Shown here in pieces: positions 8,181-17,259 of a stretch of DNA of 25,609 bases (the first letter of the stretch is position 1; each line of letters begins with the position of its first letter). A program made the position numbers and the translations under genes. This DNA comes from Candidatus Latescibacterota bacterium. GTDB lineage: Bacteria > Latescibacterota > UBA2968. The DNA lies in the NCBI GenBank assembly GCA_038279365.1, contig JAYODI010000046.1:2652-28260 (forward strand), read 5' to 3'. Below the pieces are notes generated by a model, which was not told the origin of the DNA, ran no database searches, and saw nothing but the letters and a program-made list of their open reading frames with translations.

Positions 8181-9140
8181 TTAAGCGGCTTGGAAATCTT
8201 TTGTGTGTAATGTTTGTGTGTGTTGATGTTCGCTTTGCGTAAAGGGTGCACTTGCCGATGCGGCGATGGCGTCTTGTAGTTCTTGTGGGTTTTTGGCACC
8301 GCTGAGTACGAGTGATACGCTGGGGGTATCGAGCACCCAACGCAGGGCCGCTTGGGGCATGGTTTTGATGTCGTTGCGTATCAGAAACGAGAGGGCTTCG
8401 ACATAGTCTACCCGTTCGCCAATTTCTTCTGATGAATAGCGTTTGTTGAGGTTGTTCGATTCAAATTGCGTGTTGCGGGTGATGGTGCCCGAGAGAAATC
8501 CGTTGGCAAGTGATTCGCGGGCAAAGATGCCAATGCCTTGTGTGCCTAAGTCGTGAATGAGTGTCGTGGACTCGCGGTTCATGAGGCTGTAGACGACTTG
8601 GATAACGTCAATTTTTCGTTCTTTGGCCCAGTTGCGTGCCATGTGTTGGGTGTCTTCAAATTTGGAGATGGAGTGGCCCACCAGACGAATTTTGCCTTGT
8701 TCTTTGAGTTTGTCAAGGGCTTCCCACACATCGTCATGGATATCTTCATCTGAAAAGGGCGAATGAAAAAAGAGCACGTCGATGTGATCGGTGTTGAGGC
8801 GTTTAAGGCTGGCATCAACCGATTCATAGGCACGTTGGGCATGAAAGTTGGGGTTTGCACGTTGTGTGCTGTTGCGTCCAAATTTGGTGGAGATAAGCAC
8901 GTGGTCTCGTTTGTTACCCAAGCCTTTGCCTAAGATTTCTTCTGAGATGCCATCGCGTTCGGCATTGCCATAAAGGGGGGCGGTGTCAAAGAGGGTGATG
9001 CCTGAGTCGAGGGCGAGTTTGATGGTGTTGATGGCGTCGGTTTCGGCCACACTGCCATAAGCACCTGAGGCAAATGCCCAAGTGCCCAAGCCTACTTCGC
9101 TGGTTTGGATGCCGGTGTTTCCGATGGTGCGATAAAGCAT
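8181..9140 (-). CDS. Aldo/keto reductase
   Basis: 'GLGTW', 'GITLFDTAPLYG' (catalytic D/Y), 'ISTKFG' (K), 'SLKRLNTDHIDVLFFH' (H), 'GKIRLVG' and 'LANGFLSG'. Confidence 0.93.
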   Translation of the reverse strand: MLYRTIGNTGIQTSEVGLGTWAFASGAYGSVAETDAINTIKLALDSGITLFDTAPLYGNAERDGISEEILGKGLGNKRDHVLISTKFGRNSTQRANPNFHAQRAYESVDASLKRLNTDHIDVLFFHSPFSDEDIHDDVWEALDKLKEQGKIRLVGHSISKFEDTQHMARNWAKERKIDVIQVVYSLMNRESTTLIHDLGTQGIGIFARESLANGFLSGTITRNTQFESNNLNKRYSSEEIGERVDYVEALSFLIRNDIKTMPQAALRWVLDTPSVSLVLSGAKNPQELQDAIAASASAPFTQSEHQHTQTLHTKDFQAA

Positions 9141-10199
9141 TTAGATGATCTCCCGAAGGTTGCGTTCTGGAAAAGTTGGAAAGGATGCGTGTGGTTCGGT
9201 TTGATACCAATAGGTGACCGATGAGATGTCGTCTTGAAGTGGCAGGTAACGCCCTTCACTGCGCCAACCAAGCGCTTGCATGGTAACGCGTAGTTTGGTT
9301 TTGAAAAAGACAGGGTCGTGTACATGGAAACGGTAAAGCGTCATGCGTGCGCCCACTTCGCCAGATGTTTTGTCGACTTGCTGAAAGCCTAAAAAGGGTG
9401 CAGAAAAATCACTGCCAAAACACCATGCGCCACCAAAATAATCTTCTGTGCCTGTGCCACAAATGGTTGGAAATTGATCGTCATCGTCAATAAACATTTT
9501 GATTTCACCTTCGCCCCACCAACCGGCATTGTTTTGTTGCCACGCCATAAAGGTACCAATGTATTGCCCTTGGCCTTGAATGTTGTCGATCATGGTGTAG
9601 TCGGTGCCATAGGTGAGGGGGTTTGTGCGCCGCCATTGGGCATGAAAATAAAGGGCATTGTCTGAGACGGGTTCGAGGGTGTAGTTGATGGTGTAGAAGA
9701 AGTGTTTGAGGTCATTGGGACCGTCATTTTCGACGGTGATGCGGGCGTGTTTGCGAAAGGGCATGGCAAAGTAACAATTCATGCCCCCACTGGCGTTGAC
9801 ATTGATGGGCACGGATAAGATGTTTTGGCGGGCTTTCCAAGAGCAACATAAAAAGTCACCAATGGGGCATTCTACGGACGGCTCGGTTTCGTCATCCCAA
9901 TAGATGCGAATGATGACATCGCGATAAAATTTGGTATCGAGAGTGATCCATGTGTGGCGGATGACACCCGGCCCATCCACATTCATGAGCGTAGCGGTTT
10001 GGCCAGCGGGTAAAGGGATACAGGGTGAGACTTTCCAGCCTTGCCCCAATTCGCGTGCTGCTTTGGCACCGTCTGGTTGCAGCGTTGTGTCGGCAGTGGC
10101 CATGCCTCCTTTGCCTTTTTCACCATTTGGGTTTTCGGCGGAGATGGAACGCGATTCGATATTGCGTTTTTCAAATAAATTACCCAGATCAATGTGCAT
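9141..10199 (-). CDS. DUF2961 / glycoside hydrolase family 172 protein
   Basis: 'RSISAENPNGEKGKGG', 'GPGVIRHTWIT', 'YWDDETEPSVECPIGDF', 'NCYFAMPF', 'WWGEGEIKMFID', 'PTICGTGTEDYF' and 'DDISSVTYWYQ'. Confidence 0.9.
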   Translation of the reverse strand: MHIDLGNLFEKRNIESRSISAENPNGEKGKGGMATADTTLQPDGAKAARELGQGWKVSPCIPLPAGQTATLMNVDGPGVIRHTWITLDTKFYRDVIIRIYWDDETEPSVECPIGDFLCCSWKARQNILSVPINVNASGGMNCYFAMPFRKHARITVENDGPNDLKHFFYTINYTLEPVSDNALYFHAQWRRTNPLTYGTDYTMIDNIQGQGQYIGTFMAWQQNNAGWWGEGEIKMFIDDDDQFPTICGTGTEDYFGGAWCFGSDFSAPFLGFQQVDKTSGEVGARMTLYRFHVHDPVFFKTKLRVTMQALGWRSEGRYLPLQDDISSVTYWYQTEPHASFPTFPERNLREII

Positions 10200-10223
10200 G
10201 TTTTTTCCTTGATGAGAGCGTGG

Positions 10224-13169
10224 TTATTTTTCGATCAGTTCTAAACCGAGTGTTTTGCCTTTTTGAATGGCGGGTACACCTTCAGCCATCCAAATGGGTG
10301 CGGGGGCATCCTTGAGATAGTGGTCAAAGAATTGTTGCAAGCGAATGGCCCAGTCTTTGCGATTTTGATATTTGCGTAGGCCGTGTTCTTCGCCGTTGTA
10401 GTTGATGAGCCAAGCGGGTTTGCCAAGGCGGCGCATAGCCACAAACATTTCTATGCCCTGATACCATGGTACGGCACCATCGTTGTCATTGTGCATCATG
10501 AGCAATGGGGTTTGGATTTTGTCTGCCCAGAAGAGGGGTGAGTTTTCAACATAACGATTTGGATATTCCCAGAGTGATCCACCAATGCGGCTTTGGCTTT
10601 TTTCGTATTGCATCATGCGGCTTAGGCCAGACCCCCAGCGAATGCCACCATATGCACTGGTCATGTTGGCGACGGGGGCACCTGCTTCGGCAGCGGCAAA
10701 AAGGTTGGTGCGTGTGATGATGTATGCGGTTTGATATCCACTCCAACTGTGTCCGATAATGCCCACGCGTTTTTTATCGACAAACCCTTTGTCGATGAGC
10801 TGGGTGACGCCGGGTACAATGGCGTTAACTGCGCTTTCACCAGGGTAGCCAATTTTGTAAGGAATATCTGGAATGAAGATGAGATACCCGTTGCTGACAA
10901 AAAGGCTCATGTTGATAACGGATCGACCTGGTGATGGTGCCCAATAGTTGTGAAGCAGTTGGGAATACCTTTCGTAGTAAAAAACGACCATCGGATATTT
11001 TTTTGTGGGGTCAAATCCTTCGGGCTTGCATAAAATGCCTTGTAGGTGATGGCCATCTAAAGAGGTCCATTCGACGAGTTCTGAAGTACCCCACAGGTAA
11101 TCTTTTTGTTGGGGGTTGATATCCGAAACTTTTCGGGCATTTTGAAAACGGTTGTTAGATATCCATAGGTCGGGGTATTCGTGGAAACTGGATTGTGTGT
11201 AAATGAATGTATCGGCGTCTTTGGCTTTGCGAAGGCTGCCGAGGGCTTTGTCTACTTGTATGAGTTTTTGAGGTTCTTTGTTGCCTTCTAATTGGTCGAG
11301 ATAATATCCATCGGCTTTGGTGGCTAAATTGAAGGATGATAAAAGCCACTGAGATTTTGGATCGGGTGCGCGTTCATCGGGATCGAGGCGAACATATCGA
11401 AATCTGTTTTCGGTTTTACGGCCGATGCCTTCGGTGATGTTGATGGGTGCTTTTTTACCTGTTGGATCTGTGCGCCAAATGTCGTAACGATCGTAAACAA
11501 GAAAATCTTTGTCACCCGTTGTCCATCCTGCTGAACCATGATTGGGTGGTGGTGATGGATGGTCGTCTTCTTCGTTGTGTACTGGAAATGGAATTTGTGC
11601 ACAGACATTGATGCGTTTGTTTGTTTTAATATTTTGGACAAACCACGTTTTTTGAACACGATCATACCAATACAGGTATTGAGATTCTGGTGAAAAACTG
11701 GGTCGTATTTGTTGTTTGGTGAGAATTTGGGTTTTTTGCCCTGTTTGGGTATCTATGAGATAACTGTCGTAATATGCGGGTGAATCCCAAGAGATGAGTT
11801 GGCGATAAGGCATGATGCTGGTGCCAATGACATATTGGGCATTGCCTTCACTGCCTAAGCGTATATCCGGAATATCTGGGGTACCAAGTTGAATAATTTT
11901 ACCATTTTTGAGGTGTGCAACAGCGGTGTAAGATCGCTGGTTTTCTTCTTTAAGATCTTTGAGTTGCATGGGTTGTAAATAAGGGTCTTTCCAATTCCAA
12001 ATATCTACGACCACTTTTTCATCATCGGGGGTTTCGTCATCTGTCTCTGGTGCGGGTTTGGGTGCTGTTCCAAAGAAGAGTTTTTTGCCATCTTTTGAAA
12101 ATGTAATGTTGCCGTGCTCACTGACCCACCAATTGGACGGGATACCTGATGTGCCAAATTTGGCAATTTGTTTGGGGGCTTTTGATTTGAGTTGCCAGTG
12201 ATAGAGGATGTATTCTTGCTGATCGGCGTTAAAGCTGTCGCGGTTTGTGATGAAGGCGAGTTGTTCACCTTTTTCGTGAAGGGTGATTTTTTTGTAATCA
12301 CCTGGTCCTGTGAGAATGGCTACTGAGTCGCGTGTGGTGGTGTTGATGGCATACATGCCATCTGCGGTGCTGTCTTTGCTGGCGGCGGCATAAATGAGAT
12401 GTTTGCCGTCTTCTGAAAATGCATAAGCGACCACGTGGGCATAACGTGTTTCAAGACCTGATTGGAGATCGCGTAGAACAAGCTCTGTGCCTTCTGCCTT
12501 TTTTCGGTCTTTCTTTTTGTCTTTTTTCTTATTCTCTTTTTTTGCTTCGGTTGGTTTTTCTTCTTTTTTTGCTTCTTCAGGTTTCTTGGTTTCTTCTGGT
12601 TCTTTGGTTTCTGGCGTTTTTATTTCAGGTTCAGGTGGTTTCTTTTCCTCACCCGTTTTGGAAGCTTCTTCTTTTTTGACCTCAGTGCTGTCCTTTTTTT
12701 CTTCTAATTTCTTTTCCATGAGGTAAGCGATGACACCGCCTCCTTCTTTGGGCATTTTGAACGATTTGACGCGTCCAATTTTGAAGGTGTCACCTGTTGC
12801 AAGTGTGAGAACAGCGAGGGTGTCTTTGGGGCTTTCTTCAGGCTTTTTTTTGTCTTTTTTGGCTTGTTTAACAGAGTCTGTAAATGCTTTGATGAGGGTA
12901 ACGATGTGTTGGTTGTTGTTGTCAAATTGGGTGGATTCTCCACGTGGGATGATGTAGACACGGTCATCGGTGAGGCTTTTGATGCGTAATTCTGAATCTT
13001 TTTGTTCGGGGCCTACAGACAGAAAGATCCATTTGCCGTTGTTGGATATGTTTTGAGCAAGTGTACGATTCCATATTTCATAGGCATCGTGATTGAGAGG
13101 TTTTTTTTCTTGTGCGAAAGTGGCTGTAGTTAGTGTGAGTGCAAGCAACATATAGAGACGAAATGCCAT
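10224..13169 (-). CDS. Secreted S9 family (prolyl oligopeptidase-like) peptidase
   Basis: Signal peptide MAFRLYMLLALTLTTATFA|Q from ATG 13169; propeller repeats; nucleophile motif GHSWSG; 'NDNDGAVP' (Asp); 'GEEHGL' (His). Confidence 0.9.
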   Translation of the reverse strand: MAFRLYMLLALTLTTATFAQEKKPLNHDAYEIWNRTLAQNISNNGKWIFLSVGPEQKDSELRIKSLTDDRVYIIPRGESTQFDNNNQHIVTLIKAFTDSVKQAKKDKKKPEESPKDTLAVLTLATGDTFKIGRVKSFKMPKEGGGVIAYLMEKKLEEKKDSTEVKKEEASKTGEEKKPPEPEIKTPETKEPEETKKPEEAKKEEKPTEAKKENKKKDKKKDRKKAEGTELVLRDLQSGLETRYAHVVAYAFSEDGKHLIYAAASKDSTADGMYAINTTTRDSVAILTGPGDYKKITLHEKGEQLAFITNRDSFNADQQEYILYHWQLKSKAPKQIAKFGTSGIPSNWWVSEHGNITFSKDGKKLFFGTAPKPAPETDDETPDDEKVVVDIWNWKDPYLQPMQLKDLKEENQRSYTAVAHLKNGKIIQLGTPDIPDIRLGSEGNAQYVIGTSIMPYRQLISWDSPAYYDSYLIDTQTGQKTQILTKQQIRPSFSPESQYLYWYDRVQKTWFVQNIKTNKRINVCAQIPFPVHNEEDDHPSPPPNHGSAGWTTGDKDFLVYDRYDIWRTDPTGKKAPINITEGIGRKTENRFRYVRLDPDERAPDPKSQWLLSSFNLATKADGYYLDQLEGNKEPQKLIQVDKALGSLRKAKDADTFIYTQSSFHEYPDLWISNNRFQNARKVSDINPQQKDYLWGTSELVEWTSLDGHHLQGILCKPEGFDPTKKYPMVVFYYERYSQLLHNYWAPSPGRSVINMSLFVSNGYLIFIPDIPYKIGYPGESAVNAIVPGVTQLIDKGFVDKKRVGIIGHSWSGYQTAYIITRTNLFAAAEAGAPVANMTSAYGGIRWGSGLSRMMQYEKSQSRIGGSLWEYPNRYVENSPLFWADKIQTPLLMMHNDNDGAVPWYQGIEMFVAMRRLGKPAWLINYNGEEHGLRKYQNRKDWAIRLQQFFDHYLKDAPAPIWMAEGVPAIQKGKTLGLELIEK

Positions 13170-13220
13170 GATGAGCCTTTCGATAGATAGGGTGTGAAAC
13201 GCGAAGGTTTGGCTGTGCAA

Positions 13221-14180
13221 TTAAGCAATGACTGCTTTGGGTTTTTTACCATTTAAAACGCGTTGGATGTTGGCAAATACAAATTCGCCGCGCCGACTCC
13301 ACGTGTCAAAGGTCACGCCTGCGGAATGAGGGGTGAGCAAGAGATTTTCACATTGAAGAATCGGATCTTTGGGGTCGGGAGGTTCCGATGTGAGCACATC
13401 GAGTGCCGCGCCTAATAGGGCTTGTTCTTGCAGCGCTTGGGTAAGCGCTGTTTGGTCAATAACCTCCCCGCGACACGTGTTGACCAGCAGGGCATTGGAT
13501 TTCATTTGGGCAAGTTGTTTTTCGCCAATGAGGTTGCGTGTGCTGTCTAAGAGGGGAACGTGAAGCGAGACGATGTCTGATTGTTGCAGAAGTGTGTTGA
13601 GGTCGGTAAATGTGGCATGATATTCTTGCTCAACTTCTGAGGTTGCCTGTTGGGCATCGGTGTATATGATTTTGGCACCAAAGGTGTTTAGGAGTTTGGC
13701 CACGCGTTGGCCAATGTTGCCCAAGCCAATGAGGCCCACTGTTTTGTTGTGAATGGTATAGGTGTTGAGGCCATTGTTGATGTTGCGATATTGGTTGTTG
13801 CGCACGTTGTGGTCTTGCTCAATCATGTGTCTGTAAAAGCCGAGAATGAGTGCTATGGTGTGTTCGGCCACGTCGATGGCATTGGCACCGCCGTTGTTGG
13901 CAATGGGAATGCCAAGGTCTTGGCACAGTTCGACATTGAGATGGTCGTAACCGGCGCTGACCAGTTGGATGAGTTTGAGCTTTTTGGCCGATTGAATGGC
14001 GGCATCTACAGGTGGGGTGCCAAAGAGAATGAGAAAGTCAGCATCGTTTAACCAACGTATTTGTTCTTGGGGAGGGATTTGGGCATTGTGAACGGTCACT
14101 TCAAAATCGGGTGGTGCATGATCTGTGATGCGTTTGGCCATTTCTGGCAAGATGCCTGTGAAAAAACGAACAATGGGCAT
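13221..14180 (-). CDS. D-isomer-specific 2-hydroxyacid dehydrogenase
   Basis: 'SAGYDHL', 'VAEHTIALIL', GLIGLGNIG, 'DIVSLHVPL', 'VNTCRG', 'AALDVLTSEP' and 'TPHSAG'. Start moved to ATG 14180, which has a GAGGT RBS. Confidence 0.92.
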   Translation of the reverse strand: MPIVRFFTGILPEMAKRITDHAPPDFEVTVHNAQIPPQEQIRWLNDADFLILFGTPPVDAAIQSAKKLKLIQLVSAGYDHLNVELCQDLGIPIANNGGANAIDVAEHTIALILGFYRHMIEQDHNVRNNQYRNINNGLNTYTIHNKTVGLIGLGNIGQRVAKLLNTFGAKIIYTDAQQATSEVEQEYHATFTDLNTLLQQSDIVSLHVPLLDSTRNLIGEKQLAQMKSNALLVNTCRGEVIDQTALTQALQEQALLGAALDVLTSEPPDPKDPILQCENLLLTPHSAGVTFDTWSRRGEFVFANIQRVLNGKKPKAVIA

Positions 14181-14240
14181 GGTGACCTCGTATGTGAAAA
14201 GCTGTGATGAATGTGTGCCCAATATAATAGCATGAGTTAG

Positions 14241-14280
14241 AAAGTCAAAAGCCGACGTTGATGCGTCGGCTTTTGACTTT
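14241..14280. terminator. Perfect 17-bp inverted repeat, probable terminator of the natAB-small ORF operon
   Basis: AAAGTCAAAAGCCGACG-TTGATG-CGTCGGCTTTTGACTTT, starting 26 nt downstream of the stop at 14307. Confidence 0.8.
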
Positions 14281-14306
14281 GGGTGGTTTAAGTATGAGAG
14301 GATTTG

Positions 14307-14564
14307 TTATGAAGGCTGTCTTTTTTCGTCTTCTTTATCGTTTTCGCCATCGTCCGTTTCTGAAAGATGACGAATTTCGCCCGAGAGTTCTTGTACGATT
14401 TCTTGTGCGGCACGTCTTTTGTCTTGGGTGAGCATGTGGTCTGTGGCACCAAGTGTGATGGCCGCAGATCCACCACCGCTTTTGAGGCGGTCTTTCAGGA
14501 GGCTGTAGAAACCACATCCTACCAACAGGATGATGACGAGAGAAAAAAGAAAAATTTCAATCAT
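14307..14564 (-). CDS. Small single-pass membrane protein, hypothetical (85 aa)
   Basis: Hydrophobic N-terminal helix (IFLFSLVIILLVGCGFYSLL), charged cytoplasmic tail, GGGAG RBS inside the natB 3' end, 5-nt gap after the natB stop. Confidence 0.75.
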   Translation of the reverse strand: MIEIFLFSLVIILLVGCGFYSLLKDRLKSGGGSAAITLGATDHMLTQDKRRAAQEIVQELSGEIRHLSETDDGENDKEDEKRQPS

Positions 14565-14569
14565 TGGGT

Positions 14570-15799
14570 TTAAGTCTCCCTAAAGATCACATCTTCGCGT
14601 TTGAACCATTTGACACAAAAGGCGAGACTGAGTGTTGAAATGAGGATGAGAGAGCCATAAACTTCGGCCAATAACCACGGTGAAATGGTGCCCGATATGA
14701 TGTCTTTGGTGGCCAAAGAGATGTTTAAGATGGGTATGAATGCGGTGAAGGCATTGAGTTCTATACCCGGTAAAATGCCAATAAAAATGGGTAAGATGAT
14801 GATGATGGTTAAGGGTGACATTTGGCTTTGTGCTTCTTTAAAGGATTTGGCAAATATGGAAATGGCCATAAGCAAAGAAGAAAAAAAGATGACCAGTGGG
14901 AGCAGGAGCAAACAAATGCCGAGAATGGGGACAAATATGGCCAATAATATGAAAGAAATTTTGGCCATGTTAATGGTGTCTGGCAAGTTGCTGAGCACAC
15001 GTGTTGCAATGTCGGGATGTACCATGACCGATAACACAAGCCCTAAAAATGCAATGCTGGCCGAGATGAGCCCTGATAGACCAATCACACCAATTTTTCC
15101 GAGGATGATGTGGAGATGGCTGACGGGTGATGTGAGCAATGTTTCAAGGGTTCCGCGCTCTTTTTCACCTGCGCCTAAGTCGATGGCAGGATACATGCAT
15201 CCTGTAAAGCAAAATAAAATAAAAATGTAAGGAATGAACCCGCCTATGGCTTTGCCAACTTGCTCTTGTTTGGATGCCACATCGTGGCGATGGGTTTTGA
15301 TGGCCTTGGTTACATTGCGATCGAGATTCAGTTGGGCAAAACGTTCATTGAGCAATATTTCTTCATATTCTTTGATGATGTCTGCCAATCGGTTGCGTGT
15401 AACATTGAGGTCTTTTGAAGATTTGAAGTGAAGGTGAATATCACCTGCTTCCAAGTTTGTGACCTGCGTTGTGAAATTTTCAGAAAACCGAATCACAGCA
15501 TCTAAACTATCGGTTTGAATAAGGGTGTCAATTTGGGCTTCGGTAATGTCTTCTACAATTTTGAGATCTGTTCGATTGTGTAGTATGCCTTGTAACGCGG
15601 TATCGTTGTTTTGTGTGATCAGGCCCACGGTAAGGGTTTTGGTTCGGGCTTTTTTGTTTTGAGATGAGATGACCTGCGTGGCTACAGTTGAGAGGATGGG
15701 AAATAGAAGCAGAGGAACAATAATCATTGTGATGATTGTTCTGCGATCTCGGGTGATGTCTTTGAGTTCTTTTTTGAAGATGATCCAAATATAATGCAT
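14570..15799 (-). CDS. natB: ABC-2 exporter permease, NatB-like (Na+ extrusion family)
   Basis: 'IFKKELKDITRDRRT', 'YPAIDLGAGEKERGTLETLL', 'AKSFKEAQ', 'FIPILNISL' and multiple TM helices. Confidence 0.82.
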   Translation of the reverse strand: MHYIWIIFKKELKDITRDRRTIITMIIVPLLLFPILSTVATQVISSQNKKARTKTLTVGLITQNNDTALQGILHNRTDLKIVEDITEAQIDTLIQTDSLDAVIRFSENFTTQVTNLEAGDIHLHFKSSKDLNVTRNRLADIIKEYEEILLNERFAQLNLDRNVTKAIKTHRHDVASKQEQVGKAIGGFIPYIFILFCFTGCMYPAIDLGAGEKERGTLETLLTSPVSHLHIILGKIGVIGLSGLISASIAFLGLVLSVMVHPDIATRVLSNLPDTINMAKISFILLAIFVPILGICLLLLPLVIFFSSLLMAISIFAKSFKEAQSQMSPLTIIIILPIFIGILPGIELNAFTAFIPILNISLATKDIISGTISPWLLAEVYGSLILISTLSLAFCVKWFKREDVIFRET

Positions 15800-15802
15800 G
15801 GC

Positions 15803-16570
15803 TTATGCCTCCTCAATGATGCGAATGAATTCATCTTCTAAGGTTGGGGTTTGCATTTGATTTTGGAACGTTTCAAAGGGGCCGTTATAACACAATTTGC
15901 CTTTGTGAACAATGGCCAGATCATCGCTGAGTTGGTTGACTTCGCCCATGCGGTGGGTTGAAAAGATGACTGTTTTACCGGCTTCTTTACAGTCGCGAAT
16001 AATGCGCACAATGTTGCGTGAAGTGACCACGTCGAGCCCATTGGTGGGTTCGTCAAAGACGATGACGTCGGGGTTGTGGATGATGGTGCGTGCTATAGAA
16101 ACTTTTTGGCGCATACCCGTTGAGAGTTTGCCTATGCGACGGTTGGCAAATTCGTTCATGTCGAGCAGACCAAAAAGATGATTGCGTTGTGTTTGATATG
16201 TGGCATTGTCTAAGCCATGTAATTCGGCAAAGTATTTGACCATTTCATTGGGTGTGAGCCGGTCATAAAGGCCGGTATTGCCTGTTAGAAAACCCAGATG
16301 GCGACGCACATCTTGGCTTTGTTCTACGGTGTCAAACCCTGCGACTGCAATGGTGCCATCGGTAGGTTTTAGCATGGTGGCAATGAGACGCAAGGTGGTG
16401 GTTTTGCCTGCTCCGTTGGGGCCTAAGAGGGCAAAAACACGTCCAGGTTGGCACGTGAAGCTGATGTCGCGCACTGCATCGACGGTGTTGCCCAAAAAAC
16501 CGTCACCCATTTCACGCTTTTGTTGACGTGAGAGTTTGAAGGTTTTGGTCAGGTTTTTGACAATGACCAT
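15803..16570 (-). CDS. natA: ABC exporter ATP-binding subunit, NatA-like
   Basis: GPNGAGKTT, 'TGLYDRLT', signature LSTGMRQKVSIAR, 'FDEPTNGLDV' and 'FSTH'; adjacent to the NatB-like permease. Confidence 0.85.
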   Translation of the reverse strand: MVIVKNLTKTFKLSRQQKREMGDGFLGNTVDAVRDISFTCQPGRVFALLGPNGAGKTTTLRLIATMLKPTDGTIAVAGFDTVEQSQDVRRHLGFLTGNTGLYDRLTPNEMVKYFAELHGLDNATYQTQRNHLFGLLDMNEFANRRIGKLSTGMRQKVSIARTIIHNPDVIVFDEPTNGLDVVTSRNIVRIIRDCKEAGKTVIFSTHRMGEVNQLSDDLAIVHKGKLCYNGPFETFQNQMQTPTLEDEFIRIIEEA

Positions 16571-16653
16571 GATTGACCACCTGTGAAAAAGATCATTAGA
16601 GCGACAATAGGAAACTGCAAATAGGCAAACGAGATGCTTTTTATACTTTATTT

Positions 16654-16680
16654 GACGTATTAGGAATTTAAGATGTTGCA
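16654..16680 (-). promoter_or_regulatory. Candidate ECF-sigma promoter upstream of natA
   Basis: Minus strand TGCAAC-N17-CGTC, matching the AAC/CGT consensus of ECF sigma promoters, about 85 nt before the ATG. Confidence 0.4.
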
Positions 16681-16836
16681 GAATTTTATAGTGCGTTGCC
16701 GTAAATTAGGTTGATGGGTTATAATAGCGCACAATGTTTGTGAATACCACTCTTTTATATGGGGTAAAATGACGAATTATGAATGTATTTTGATTGAGGT
16801 ATGGGGGGCGTGTTTTTAAGAAGTGTATTTATAATA

Positions 16837-16870
16837 AAAATCCCACCGCTTTAAAACTCGGTGGGATTTT
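16837..16870. terminator. Rho-independent terminator (bidirectional shape) downstream of hicB
   Basis: AAAATCCCACCG-N10-CGGTGGGATTTT, flanked by further AT-rich complementarity (ATAAT.. / ..GTTAT). Confidence 0.85.
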
Positions 16871-16926
16871 GTTATGTAGACGCGTTCACTTTATGTAAAT
16901 TCGCCCAATTCTTATTGGGCATCAAA

Positions 16927-17259
16927 TTACATTTGTATTGCTTTTGACAACGTTTCTGTAGCCCATTGGTTAATGCTTTTGCCATTGACTTCTGCTGCGG
17001 TTGCTACGGCGGCATGGATTTCTGGAGAGAGGCGCAACATGAGTTTGCCAGAATAAGGTTTGTTGGGTGTTTCACCGCGTGTTTCACATGTTTCTAAATA
17101 AAAATCAATGGCTTCTTTAAATGCCTGTCGAATTTCATTTACACTTTCACCGTGAAATGAAATGATGTCACGAATACCAGCGATGCGTCCAACAAAACAT
17201 TCATCTTCATCGCTGTATTCGATGCGGGCAGAATAACCTTTATAAGTCATTGGTTTCAT
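16927..17259 (-). CDS. hicB: Type II TA antitoxin HicB
   Basis: 'MTYKGYSARIEYSDEDECFVGRIAGIRDIISFHG' (partial RNase H fold) plus RHH tail 'YSGKLMLRLSPEIHA..GKSINQW'. ATGA overlap with hicA. Confidence 0.95.
   Translation of the reverse strand: MKPMTYKGYSARIEYSDEDECFVGRIAGIRDIISFHGESVNEIRQAFKEAIDFYLETCETRGETPNKPYSGKLMLRLSPEIHAAVATAAEVNGKSINQWATETLSKAIQM

Noticed and set aside
16571..16830. Na+-sensing riboswitch upstream of natA
   Set aside because: The leader is AT-rich with no convincing stems on the minus strand, so I cannot support the call by eye.
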